NCBI RefSeq assembly: GCF_020745735.1
Contig: NW_026867728.1
Location: 1 to 64,000 of the forward strand
Source of the DNA: Hemiscyllium ocellatum
Taxonomy: Eukaryota
Length of the DNA: 64,000 bases
Direction: 5' to 3'
Both the position numbers and the translations under genes were made by a program. The notes below the pieces were generated by a model. It had not been told where the DNA came from and made no database searches. It saw nothing but the letters and a program-made list of their open reading frames with translations. Below, piece by piece: positions 1-10,899 of this stretch (the first letter of the stretch is position 1; each line of letters opens with the position of its first letter).

Positions 1-311
1 TTAAATTGCTTACAGTGTGGAAACAGGCTTTCGGCCCACCCAGTCCACACCGACCCTCCAAAGAGCAACTCACCCAGACCCTTTCAACTACATTTACCCC
101 TTCACCAATACACTATGGGCAAGTTAGCATGGCCAATTCGCTACCCTGCACATCTTTGGACTGTGGGAGGACATTGGAGCACCTGGAGGAAACCCACACA
201 GACATGGGAAGAATGTGCAAACTCCACACAGACAGTTGCCCGAGGTGGGAATTGAACCTGAGTCCCTGGTGCTGTGAGGCAGCAGTGCTGACCACTGTGC
301 CACCGTGGCAC
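1..311 (-). mobile_element. tRNA-derived SINE (HE1-like shark SINE)
   Basis: Reverse complement reads GGGTGGCACGGTGGCACAGTGGTCAGCACTGCTGCCTCACAGC..GGTTCAATTCCC (A/B-box head), with the same body as the copies at 8557, 50225 and 58580. Confidence 0.85.
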
Positions 312-2083
312 CCCTTAATGACCTCTGAGACTCAGAACGATTTGTATTTAACAAGGTGATTGTGAATTGAAACATTATAAAACATCCTGCAAGATGACCA
401 AATGTTCACAAGCTGCAGTAGTTGGTTAATGAATTGAAGAAGTCCCAAACACACACAAACAATGAAATGATTTCAAAAATACAGAGGCAAAAGCTTTTGA
501 AGTTTGTGTCTTTGGAAGAACAGGGAATGTGTCCAAACACTGTTCAGTTTCCTGACCGTGAGGATGCAGTCACTGCATTCCTGTTTGTTACTGCAGTTAC
601 ACGGGATCACCACCAGCTCCAAGTTCCCTTCCAAGCCACCCACTCTGTACCGACATGGAAATATATTGTCGTTCGCTCACTGTCACTGGGTCACAATCCT
701 GGAATTCCCTCCCCAGTGGCATTGTGAGTCTCCCAACATTTACACCGACTGATGATGAAAGCAAGGACTTTTTGCTGCCTTGTGGAGAGCTTTGTTGTCA
801 AACAGTCACTGCCATAGTTTCTGGAAGGTTGAGCTGTCTCAGCTGACCCAGTGTTGGATCTCTTCCCCAATGGGCATTGAGAAGCAGAGTGCCCTCGTGG
901 TCACCTATGGGCTGGACTGAGACTGGCAATGATGGGCAGAGCCAGTGATGTCAGCCCTGGGCACCCTTTGGAGGGAGGTGCCTCCCAAGCTACTGAGAGT
1001 GCTAAATGTATCCCGGAGTCTTAGCATATACAAGAGGTAGAATATTGAACTGACCAGTGATTTGTGTTTTGGTTTAGCAACACTCAAGCATTGACCAAGT
1101 CCCTTGTTTGCAGCATTGAAGAGATCAAGGGTGGCTTGCTAGTTGGGTGCAGAATGTGAAAACAACAGTGATGTTAGCAGTGCGTACTGCATCTTATGTG
1201 GGTCTGTTGTGGTCATTTTATTATTGGCATGGATGAGACTGAGGTTGAGAGATTTCTATCTGGGCCGTGTTTAATCCTGACACCAGAGGTCAAAGCTGCT
1301 GTTTGGTAGATTATAGATAATATGGAGCTATCACACAGCATTGCTTTACTCTGGTCCTGTTCCTTGAAGCCATCCGTTCCTGAAGATGTCAAGTCATCCC
1401 AAAGCAGTTGCAGAATTTGGAAGAAGTTTCTGGACATTCCAAATTTTAAGAGTATGTCTCAGCAAGTGATTTACTGAGTCATCTGCTGTGATCAGGTTGA
1501 GAAATGTAATACAGAGTTCCTGGTGTTGTTTTTGACATTTTACTTGGATTTGTCTGACAACAAAGGTCATGTTGGTGATTCCATTGGAAGGTTTAAAGCT
1601 GTAGTGTGTCTTTGGGAGGATTCCCACAGCCATAGGAAGTGGGAGGGTCAGGAGAATGTGTATCAGGATGTTCTCCACTAAGGACAAGATGCTCCACCAT
1701 TTAAGAGGATCATGTCTGAGCTTGTAGTTCAACACCACTTTCCTGCACCATCCCGTTACCCCTCAATGCTTTTAATGCCGGGAAATCTATCAATCTCATT
1801 CATGAACATACTCAATGGTTAAGCTTCCACAGCTCTCTGATGAGAGAATTCCCAAGATTAACTACTTCAAAACGATAAATTCCCCCTCATCTCAGTTCCA
1901 ACCACCTATCCCTCATTCTGAGACTGTATTCCCTGGTTCACGACAGTGTATGACTCTCACTCTGTAACAAGGGAATCTTTTTGTTGATATGGAAATCCGA
2001 TCCGTTCACCACATTCCAGATGGGATCTCACCAAAGATCGATATAATTGCAGTGAGATGTCAGGAATTAAGGGAGGGCCACAC

Positions 2084-2208
2084 CAGGAGTGAAGGAAGGC
2101 CTGAACCAGGAGTGAGGGGAGGCCTGCAGCAGGAGTGAAGGAAGGACTGAACCAGGAGTGAGGGAAGGCCTGCAGCAGGAGTGAAAGAAGGACTGAACCA
2201 GGAGTGAG
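2084..2208. repeat. 23-bp minisatellite, about 5.5 units, alternating two variants (46-bp higher-order period)
   Basis: Units CAGGAGTGAAGGAAGG(C/A)CTGAAC and CAGGAGTGAGGG(G/A)AGGCCTGCAG start at 2084, 2107, 2130, 2153, 2176 and 2199. Confidence 0.9.
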
Positions 2209-2289
2209 TAAGCTACCCTAGATCTCTTCAATGCTTCTAAGGGTTGTACCATTTACTGTATACTTCCCTCTTGCATTAGACCTTATGCA

Positions 2290-3010
2290 TCACCACATGT
2301 CTCTCAAAATTAAATTACAGCAGCCATTTCTGTGCCCAAGTTGACAGCCTTTATATGTCCTGCTGTATCCTCTGGCAATCTTCCTCACTATCCAAAGCTC
2401 CTTCAATCTTTGTGTCATCTGCAAACTTACTAATCATCCCACCTACAATATTCTCCAAAATATTTATAAATGTTGTGAACTAACAGGGGCCCCAACACTG
2501 ACTCCTGTGGATCACGAATGGTCACAGATTTCCAGTCAGAAAAACACTCTTCCACCACTACTCTCTGTCTTCTATGACTAAGCCAATTCTGCATCCATCT
2601 TACCACCTCTCCGCAGATCCATGTGACTTCAATTTCAGTATCAGCCTGTCATGAAAAACTTTGTCCAAGGCCTTACGAAAGTCCCTGTGGACAATATCTA
2701 TCACCCTGTCGTTGTCAATCATGAAACTTGCTCAAAAGGCTGAATCAAGTTTCTGTGACATGACCTTCCTGCACAAAACCATGTTGCCTCGTGTTAATAA
2801 GAAGATATTTTTTCAAATTGTGGAAAGCCAATCATTAAGAATCTTCTCCAATATTTTCCCTACCACGGACGTAAGGCTCACCAGCCTGTAAGTTCCTGTA
2901 TTATCCCTGTTGCCCTCAAACAAAGGAACAATGGTGGCTCTTCTCCAGTGCTCTGGGACCTGTCCTAGGACTAAACAGAATCCAAGGATTCTGTACAAGC
3001 TCCCAACAAT
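2290..3010 (-). mobile_element. CR1 LINE RT fragment (degenerate)
   Basis: The minus ORF reads GQVPEHWRRATIVPLFEGNRDNTGTYRLVSLTSVVGKILEKIL, a typical CR1 RT N-terminal motif. Bounds are approximate. Confidence 0.8.
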
Positions 3011-3399
3011 TTGCTTCCTCACCTCAATGAGTCAGAGGAGGCAAATCTCTGTGTCTTTATATTAAAATATCTGTTTCCGTACCCTCCATTTACCAAAGTA
3101 AATGGAAAACCATCCTGTACAATGTTTCTAAATGCAGACTTGCTGCAGTGCAATCTTTGAGACTGGCTGCTGCTTTCCATCACTTCCTGATGACATTGGC
3201 TTCCTCTTTGAGCATGTGGCACCTTGTAGCCCTGTATAAATCTGCTCACTGACAGCCCCTCCCATTCTTCAACAATTACTGTACCTTACAGCAGTGTCCT
3301 TTTGTGGGACTGGAGTCACATGTAGGCCAGACCAGGTATGCAATGGGATGCATTGAAGAAGGAAATAAGGAGGGTACAGGGCTAAAGGGTGGGACCAAC

Positions 3400-4040
3400 A
3401 AATCCAGTGAACCTTGAATACTGAGGAATACACAGCATTGGATGAAGGGAAAAGGGAGGCTTATGGCAGATTCTGAGAATTCAAAACAGTAGCAATTTCT
3501 GGAGGATTATAAAATGTGCAAGTGGGAAATTAAAGTGGAGATTCGGAGTGCTCAAAGGAAATATGAAAGTATACTGACAGGTAATATAAAGAAGCATCCA
3601 AAATATTTAAAGGAATATTCATGGTAAAAAGACAACAAGGACCATGGTTGTAATTGAAACTTGAACCCAGAGGATATATGAACCCAAGCTGTAATTGACA
3701 ACTTTATGTTGGTGTTCAGACGTGAGAGGGATGATTTTGGTGTAGAAATCGGGGAGATAGTCTGTGATAAGATTAAAGAAATTAACAGAGAGAGGAACTG
3801 CTGAGTGGTATGGGCAGCAAAAAGTAGATAAATCTCCAGGGCAGGATGAAATGTATCTCAGGTTGTTGAGTGAGGCAGGGGAGAAAATAGCAGGGGCTTT
3901 GGAAATAACTTTCCATTCTTCTCCAGCTGCAGGAGAGGTGCTGGAGGACAGGAGGACAGCCAGTGTGGTACCTCAAGAAGTGAACAAGGGATAAACCAGG
4001 AAACGTCAGGCTAGTCAGTCTAAACTCTGTGTCAAAACAT
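3400..4040 (+). mobile_element. CR1 LINE ORF2 fragment
   Basis: KSPGQDEMYLRLLSEAGEKIAGALEITFHSS..EVLEDRRTASVVP matches the CR1 KSPGPD..P..L region. Bounds are approximate. Confidence 0.75.
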
Positions 4041-4059
4041 GTGGCAGATCAGGTTGGTG

Positions 4060-4450
4060 AACGGCTAGTGTCCAAAACATTGTCCCTCCTGCTCCTCAGT
4101 TGCTGCCTGAGCTGCTGTGCTTTTCCAGTGCCACACTGTTTAACTCTGACTCTCCAGCATGTGCAGATGTGTAGAATTTGATGCATCTTTTTAATGCAAA
4201 GGGAGATAGATTTTAAAAGAGATCTTACTGAATGATGGAGCAGGCTCGAGGGGCCAGATAGGTAGCATCTGCGGTGCAGGAGAATTGACGTTTCGAGTAT
4301 AAGCCCTTCATCAGGAAGGATCTTTCTTCCTAATGGAAGGCTTCTCGAAATGACGACTCTCCTGCATCTCAGATGCTGCCTGACCAGCTGTGCTTTTCCA
4401 GCTCCACACTCTTCGACTCTAATCTCCAGCATCCGCAGTCCTCACATTCT
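4060..4450. mobile_element. Penelope-like terminal repeat (pLTR) fragments in inverted arrangement, with a hammerhead-like core on the - strand (about 4284-4318)
   Basis: GATGCTGCCTGACC..GCTGTGCTTTTCCAGC..CTCCAGCATC motif; the reverse complement of 4284-4318 is CTTCCTGATGAAGGGCTTATACTCGAAACGTCAATT. Confidence 0.75.
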
Positions 4451-4479
4451 CCTCAAGGGGTCAGATAGCCCTCTCCTGC

Positions 4480-5200
4480 TCCTATTTCTGATGTTCTTGT
4501 GTCTTCTTGGATTTCGGCAAAACTTTTGACCAGGTTCCACATGGGAGAACGATAGCAAAGGTGAGAGCTCATGGGATCCAAGGTAATTTGGGGTAAATTG
4601 GATGCATAATTTTCTGACTGGCAGGAAACAGAGGGTGATGGTCGAGGGGCATTTTTGTGACTGGAAGTGTGTGTCCTGGAGGATCCCACAGGGGTCACTG
4701 TTGGGGCCCTTGCTATTTGTGGTTTGTCATAAATGATTTAGACTTGAATGAAGAAGGGTTGATTAATATGGTCCCAGATGATAAACAAATAGTTGGGGTA
4801 ATAAATATTGAGGAGGATAGCCTTAGACAACAAGAGGATCTATACGGGCTGGTCAGATAGACTGATCAGTAGCAAACAGTATTCAACATGGATAAGGGTG
4901 AGGTGATACACTTGGGCAGGACAGAAAAAAGCAAAGTAAGACATAATGAGCAATAGGACTTAATACAGAGCAGTGAGGTTATGCTGGAACTGTATGAAAA
5001 ATTGGTTAGGTCACAGCTAGAGAATTATGTGAAGTTCAGGAATCCACATTATGGGAGGGATCTGGAGAGGGTAAAGAGCAGATTTGCCAGGATGTTCCCT
5101 GGGCTAGAGAGTTTCAATTCTGAAGAGAATTTGGATAGATTGTTTTCTCCAGAGAGGAGGAGATTGAGAGGAGATCAGTGACCATGGGGCATTAATTTAA
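4480..5200 (+). mobile_element. CR1 LINE RT fragment
   Basis: The ORF track gives GPCYLWFVINDLDL.. and LVRSQLENYVKF..ERVKSRFARMFPGLESFNSEENLDRL. Confidence 0.8.
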
Positions 5201-6334
5201 GGTACGGGGCAGGGCGATTGTTTTTATTCAATCATGAAACATGCATGTCACTGGCTGGCCAGCATTCATTGCCCATCCCTTGTTGATCTCTTGAGAAGAT
5301 GGCGATGAGATGCCTTCTTAAACCGTTACAGTCCACGTGCTGGAGGTTGACCCATAATGCCTTTAGGGAGTGAATTCCAGGATTGTGACCGAACACGAGT
5401 GAAAGAGTGATGATATATTTCCAAGCCAGGATGGTGAGTGCCTTGGAGGGAATTTGCAGGTGGTGGTGTTCCCATTGATCTGCTGCCACTGAATGTTTAG
5501 CTGGATGCGGTCGTGGGTTGGGAAGGTGATGTCTCAGGATCTTTGATGAATGTTAGAGGTTTATCGGAGATGTGAGGGAAACCTTTTCACTCAGAGGATG
5601 GCGGCAATCTGGAAGTCATTGCTTTTAAGGGTGACACAGACATGAAACCCTCATAATGTTTAAGACCTGTTTAGGTGTGCACTTGCAATTTCGATGTATA
5701 AGGCATTGGGCAACTGCTCGATAATAGAATTGGAAAGGGTAGATGGTTGGTTTTGACCAGCATGGACTCAATGGGCCAAAGAGCCTTTTACTGTGCTCTA
5801 CATCTCTATTACTCTATGATTAAGACCATTAGGGGTCTTGTGGTACAGTGGTAATGTCCCTCCTTCAAAGCCAGGAGGTCTCCGTGAAGTCCCACTTGAT
5901 CCAGAGGTGTGTAATAATATCTCTAATCAAGGTGTTTGAAAAATATCTCCAGGAAAGTATTATTCACTTGAAATACCTGGCAATAGGCATCAAAGTGCCA
6001 CATCTTAGCATGGTGAGGGGATGGTAAGTGGGTTGTGGAAGGGGGAGCATAAAAGGTATGCCTTAGCAAGAGGCACACTTTGAATTTAACTCCCAATAAG
6101 TTCCCTCATGTAAACTGTGATCCCCAATATCTCTGAGACACTGTGAACCGTGATTCTTTAAAATCATGGACCGACTGGATGTACATTGTGGAGGAGCAGG
6201 ATGTGTTTCCCTCTGCAATGGAGGGGATTGGCTCAGAGTGCTGGGTGCAGGGTTTGTAACCTGACCCATGGGACTGTGGGAAAATTGGAAACCCTAGGAT
6301 AGGGTTGGGAATCATGGAGCTGAAATGATTGAAT

Positions 6335-6450
6335 GAAACGCCCGAAACGTTGATTCTCCTGCTCCTTGGATGCTGCCTGACCTGCTGCGCTTTTCCAGCA
6401 ACACATTTTCAGCTCTGATCTCCAGCATCTGCAGTCCTCACTTTCTCCTT
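6335..6450 (+). mobile_element. Penelope-like pLTR fragment (truncated, hammerhead 5' half missing)
   Basis: GCCCGAAACGTTGATTCTCCTGCTCCTTGGATGCTGCCTGACCTGCTGCGCTTTTCCAGC. Confidence 0.75.
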
Positions 6451-6904
6451 GGGAATCATGGAATCAGGAAACCCATGGGAAGGCATCTGAGACTTCCCGA
6501 GATGGAGAAAGTGGAAAGATCGTTTATGCTCTTCTTTTCTTGAGAACTTCAATCAAATCATCCCACACCTTCCAGTGTAACAGGATACAAACATAATTTG
6601 TGATCCCACACCTTGTAATTTAACTCTGTGAGACCTGATGTCATCATTCTGCACCACACTCTTTCTCAGGTCAGAATATCCTTCCCAAGGTGTGGTGCCC
6701 AGAACTGCTCATGAATTGAAAAAGAAATAAAATTAAAGATTATCCTTCTCACGTTCAAATTCTTCCACGGCATTGGGTCTGTCATCCTCATAAACTCACA
6801 GTATTTCCAAATCTGGCTCCTCCATATCCCTTCCTGTAAATGTAAACTCACCATAGTCCCAGAGGGCATCAGGCTTTTCTCTCATTAGAGAGGAAAAGCT
6901 GGGC

Positions 6905-7030
6905 AAACGTGAGGACTGCAGGTTCTGGAGATCAGAGTCTAGATTAGAGTGATGAAGGGCTTTTGCCTGAAATGTCGATTTTCCTGATCCTCGGATGCTG
7001 CCTGACCTGCTGTGCTTTTCCAGCACCATT
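6905..7030. mobile_element. Penelope-like pLTR, inverted and direct halves fused
   Basis: GTGAGGACTGCAG..GGAGATCAGAGTCTAGATTAGAGT joined to GATGAAGGGCTTTTGCCTGAAATGTCG.. Confidence 0.7.
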
Positions 7031-7378
7031 CTATACTACACTCATTAGAGAGAGATGTGTGGTGGTGGTTTCACCGGACTGGAATAGTAACATCACTGGG
7101 GTCTAATTTTCAATCTCCAAGACTGTGAGAATTCCTGTCTAAACCTCTCCAACTCTCCTTCCCCCTCTTAAGTCACTCCTTAAGACATGCGTGTTGGAAC
7201 ACCACCTGTCCAAATAACTCGGAATATGGTTTGATGTCTGATTCTCCTGCAGTTCATTGAACATTTTCCAATGGTAAAGCTGTGATGTGAATCCATGATT
7301 CTGTATGATTCTTTGATTCTCGAGTCAGAAAGCGAATGCAGTAAGGCAGTTTCAGAGTGAATCCTGTTTGTATTACAG

Positions 7379-7432
7379 CTCAGCCTGACTCCTGTACCTA
7401 TGCCAGCATCGTGTTTGACAGCAACAGAAAAG
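7379..7432 (+). CDS. Gene C cytoplasmic exon with ITIM-like motif (xQPDSCTYASIVFDSNRK-G)
   Basis: tattacAG|CT..AAAAG|GTaacc; 54 nt, phase 1 to phase 1; encodes CTYASI. Confidence 0.75.
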
Positions 7433-7527
7433 GTAACCAGCTACATACTTTTTTTCCCACATCGTGGTATTTCTAAACATTTAAAATACATCCTCCTCAC
7501 TAACAGACTATTCTCTTTCATTTCAAG

Positions 7528-7563
7528 GTGGCAAGACTCTCCGGGTTGCTGATTCAGAAGAGA
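7528..7563 (+). CDS. Gene C cytoplasmic exon (G-GKTLRVADSEE); an alternative in-frame donor at 7573 adds SES
   Basis: ttctctttcatttcaAG|GTGGC..GAGA|GTgagt; 36 nt (45 nt with cag|GTttgt); symmetric phase 1 joins the two tyrosine exons in frame. Confidence 0.7.
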
Positions 7564-8085
7564 GTGAGTCAGGTTTGTCCTTTCCGAATCCTAATCCTAA
7601 TTCTTTCTCCTATCCCAATCCCTGAAGCCCATTCTCCGATGTGTGGGACAGTGCTAGTTGGGCCTGGGTGATCCATTTCCTTGTTATTTGAGACCCCAAC
7701 TTTGGGTGGCGCTATTATGGAGATTTGATCACATGACCTTAAAGCCCCATTCCCTCACCAGGATGCTGTTGTCATTGGCCCGTCGGTCTGTTCATCTTCA
7801 TTAGGATGTTCCTTTACTCCACCAATCAGAAAGCAAACAGTCTCTCCACGATCCCATTGGATGACACTTGACTGTCTCTCAAAAAGCTTGTCTCTCCCAA
7901 TGTATTTGTGAACGTCATAAAGAGAATGAGGGGGAAATGTACAACTGATGGAGTAAATATTTCCCTTTCCTGTAACTACTCTGATAGTGATGGGACTGAT
8001 ATTTGGGTAAATATGCCCCTTTCCTGTATTTACTTTTAAACTGAATTTATAATTATCATCAGCTCTGATTTCTGTCTCTTTCTAG

Positions 8086-8123
8086 CGGATGTAACCTATG
8101 CAGCTGTGGTGAAGACTCATTAG
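8086..8123 (+). CDS. Gene C terminal coding exon with ITIM (xDVTYAAVVKTH*)
   Basis: Polypyrimidine tract ttctgtctctttctAG|CG GAT GTA ACC TAT GCA GCT GTG GTG AAG ACT CAT TAG; VTYAAV fits the ITIM consensus (I/V/L/S)xYxx(L/V). Confidence 0.8.
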
Positions 8124-8556
8124 GAGCGAATAAGAACTGAACCTGTGTAACTGAGGTTGCATTGTTTCTCAGATCAAATTCAAGGAATGTCATGGAACTT
8201 ACCAGCTCAGAAACTTGGCATTATTATTCTTCAAAAGTGTTTTTTAATTTTAAAAAAAAAATTGTACCTTTTTTTCTTAGTGTATTTTTAAGTGTTTATG
8301 GGATACTGCACACTTTTGAAAGCAAGTAACCTGACACTCATTGTAAGTGTTGTTTACACAGCTGCTGGGTCAGACAGCAGCAGAAGAAGGTGCAGACGAA
8401 CTGGAGACATGGACAAGTGGCGATTCAGCCAGAAACAACTATGTGATTGGTTCCCAGATAATTGAACAATTTGTGGATATGAACATGACAGGGAGAAGCC
8501 ATCCGACCTCCACTTTCTGAGGAACTGTTCATCATCTGTAGCACAGTGGCACAGTA

Positions 8557-8874
8557 GGCGGCACGGTGGCACAGTGGTTAGCACTGCTGCCTCACAGCGC
8601 CAGAGACTCGGGTTCAATTCCCGACTCAGGCGACAGACTGTGTGGAGTTTGCACGTTCTCCCCGTGTCTGCGTGGGTTTCCTTCGGGTACTCCGGTTTCC
8701 TCCCACAGTCCAAAAGATGTGCGGGTCAGGTGAATTGGCCATGCTAAATTGCCCGTAGTGTTAGATAAGGGGTAAATGTAGGGGAATGGGTGGGTTGCGC
8801 TTCGGCGGGTCGGTGTGGACTTGTTGGGCCGAAGGGCCTGTTTCCACACTGTAAGTAATCTAATCTAATCTAAT
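8557..8874 (+). mobile_element. Full-length HE1-like SINE with (AATCT)n tail
   Basis: GGCGGCACGGTGGCACAGTGGTTAGCACTGCTGCCTCACAGCG..GGTTCAATTCCCG.. ending GTAAGTAATCTAATCTAATCTAATC. Confidence 0.9.
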
Positions 8875-9131
8875 CAGCTCTGTTCCCGGCAGGAAAAGCT
8901 ACTTTAAATCTGAGGATAACCAGCTGATTGTCTTTTCCTTCAGCAGTTGCAGTAAGTTCTGACCTTTAATGAGTAAGTCAGACCTTTTATAAGCCACACA
9001 CTGTATCTCTAGTAAACCAGTGACAGCATCTGGAGAAGCAGCATTCTGATCAGCACAAGAATCATCTCAGCGGATCCTGCAAACAGGGATTGGCGAAACT
9101 GTTTTCTGTGTGTTCCTTCCACTTTAGTTTC

Positions 9132-9210
9132 TGTCTGTGTGTCTGTGTCTGTGTGTGCACACACACGCGTGTGTGTGTGTGCACGCGCGTGTGTGTGTTT
9201 CTGTGTGTGT
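9132..9210. repeat. Compound (TG)n/(CA)n/(CG) microsatellite
   Basis: TGTGTGCACACACACGCGTGTGTGTGTGTGCACGCGCGTGTGTGTG is directly visible. Confidence 0.9.
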
Positions 9211-9499
9211 ACAATATGTGCTTGCTTTTAAGGGGACTTGGTTCATGAGCATCTTAGAGTTTTAACTCATGTTGTTATAGCTCAATGGTCCATCATTTTT
9301 CTGTGGAATTAGAGTCTATTTATGTGTGATAAATAGTAATCCTTGTGAAATCCAGAAACCTAGTCTGTGCCTTCTGTCATCTTTAGTCTAAAACTCAGGA
9401 GAATGTTATGGACTTCTATAAAAACTAACTTTTGTGACAACTCAGGGAATAATGCAACTTGATTTTAAACATGCTACCTCAGTGAGGCAGAACAGTATC

Positions 9500-9910
9500 C
9501 ATCCATATGTAATAGACCTCACTTGGAATATTGTGTCCAGTTCTGGTCGCCCTGCTATAGTAAAGATACAGAGAGTTGGGAGAGGGTGCAAAGGAGGTTT
9601 ACCAGGATGCTGCCTGGACTGGAGAGCTGGCCTTATGAAGAAAGATTGAATAAATTCGGACTTTTCTCTCTGGAGAGGAGGAAGAAGATGAGACCTGATC
9701 AAGGTGTACAGAATAATGAGAGGAATAGATAGAGGCAATAGCCAGAGAATTTTCCCCTGGGCAGGATTGACTGGTACGAGGGGTCATAGTTTGAAGATAT
9801 TAGGAGGAAGGTATAAAGGAGACGTCAGAGGCAGGTTCTTTATGCAGAGAGTTGTGAATGTATGGAATGCATTGCCAGCTGTGATGGTGGAAGCAGAGTC
9901 ATTGGGGACT
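9500..9910 (+). mobile_element. CR1 LINE 3' RT fragment
   Basis: [52 protein letters not shown]. Confidence 0.85.
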
Positions 9911-10899
9911 TGCCTTAAAGGGTCAGTTTCAAGTACCCTACCACACAGAGTGCACAACAGGGGGGTAACCACAGGATGTCTACACTGGTCTAAACTACTT
10001 AACTGAACAAAGAATTCTCAAGTGCTTGTATTAATAGGTGAGCTTAAATATTTTACAAATAAAAACAAACAAACTATCCCAACCACTGAAAGCGGCAATG
10101 AATTGATAAGTGCATCCTGGATTATTTGATGTGATGAAATAGCTCTTGCTTGTGGTCCGTGGTTACCCTGGGGAGAGATCTGTTGTTATCCTTGTTTAAT
10201 AGCTGAACTGTTTTGACACAATACAATGGATATGCTCAGGATGTAGATGACCTCCCCCTCCTCCACTTTTTTTTTAAACAAAAACAGAACATGGTAATGT
10301 GAATCCCAGGTGGAATGTTAGATTGGGGTTAGAGGCCTATTAGGCTCCAACCTTGGTTTCTAGCGGTAGAGGTTAGGACTGTTTAAATGACCTGACCATG
10401 ATGTGGTTAGGAGAAAAACAAAATCTGAGACAAGGTGGTCATGAAGACCAATGTTTCAAAGACGAGTGAATGTGTCGGGGCTTGCAAGAGATCAATCATT
10501 GAAATATAAACGAAAGTGAAGCTGGCCTGACTGACAGAGACCAGTTTAAATGTGGGTCATAGAGATGAAGGTGAGGGTACCATGAAGAATCTGACTTGGA
10601 GATTCTATCCAATGAGCAGAAAATTGAAGAATTATAACTTGGTTAAATTCCTCAGCGTGCAGAGGAATAAAGCTGGAAGAGGTGTGAGCTGCATGAGAGT
10701 TTTGATCACCAGAAACAGTTGCACCTTCCCTTGAGTGGCTATCAGGAGTTGTTTCATCACTTGGATCATTGAATCAGTGCATTTGTCAAAGAGACACCAA
10801 ACAGAGAGTCTGAATCCTCTGTCTCTGGGGTGTCTGTATCAAATCCTCCCTGTTCTCCTGTTGGTGTGCTATCCGTCCCCCTATTGGAGAAAGATGGAA

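Noticed and set aside
2084-2208. CRISPR-like array
   Set aside because: The units are contiguous with no unique spacers, and the DNA is eukaryotic.
7251-7271. 21-nt candidate exon upstream of gene C's ITIM1 exon (ctgcAG|..ATG|GTaaag)
   Set aside because: In the required phase 1 it contains TGA.
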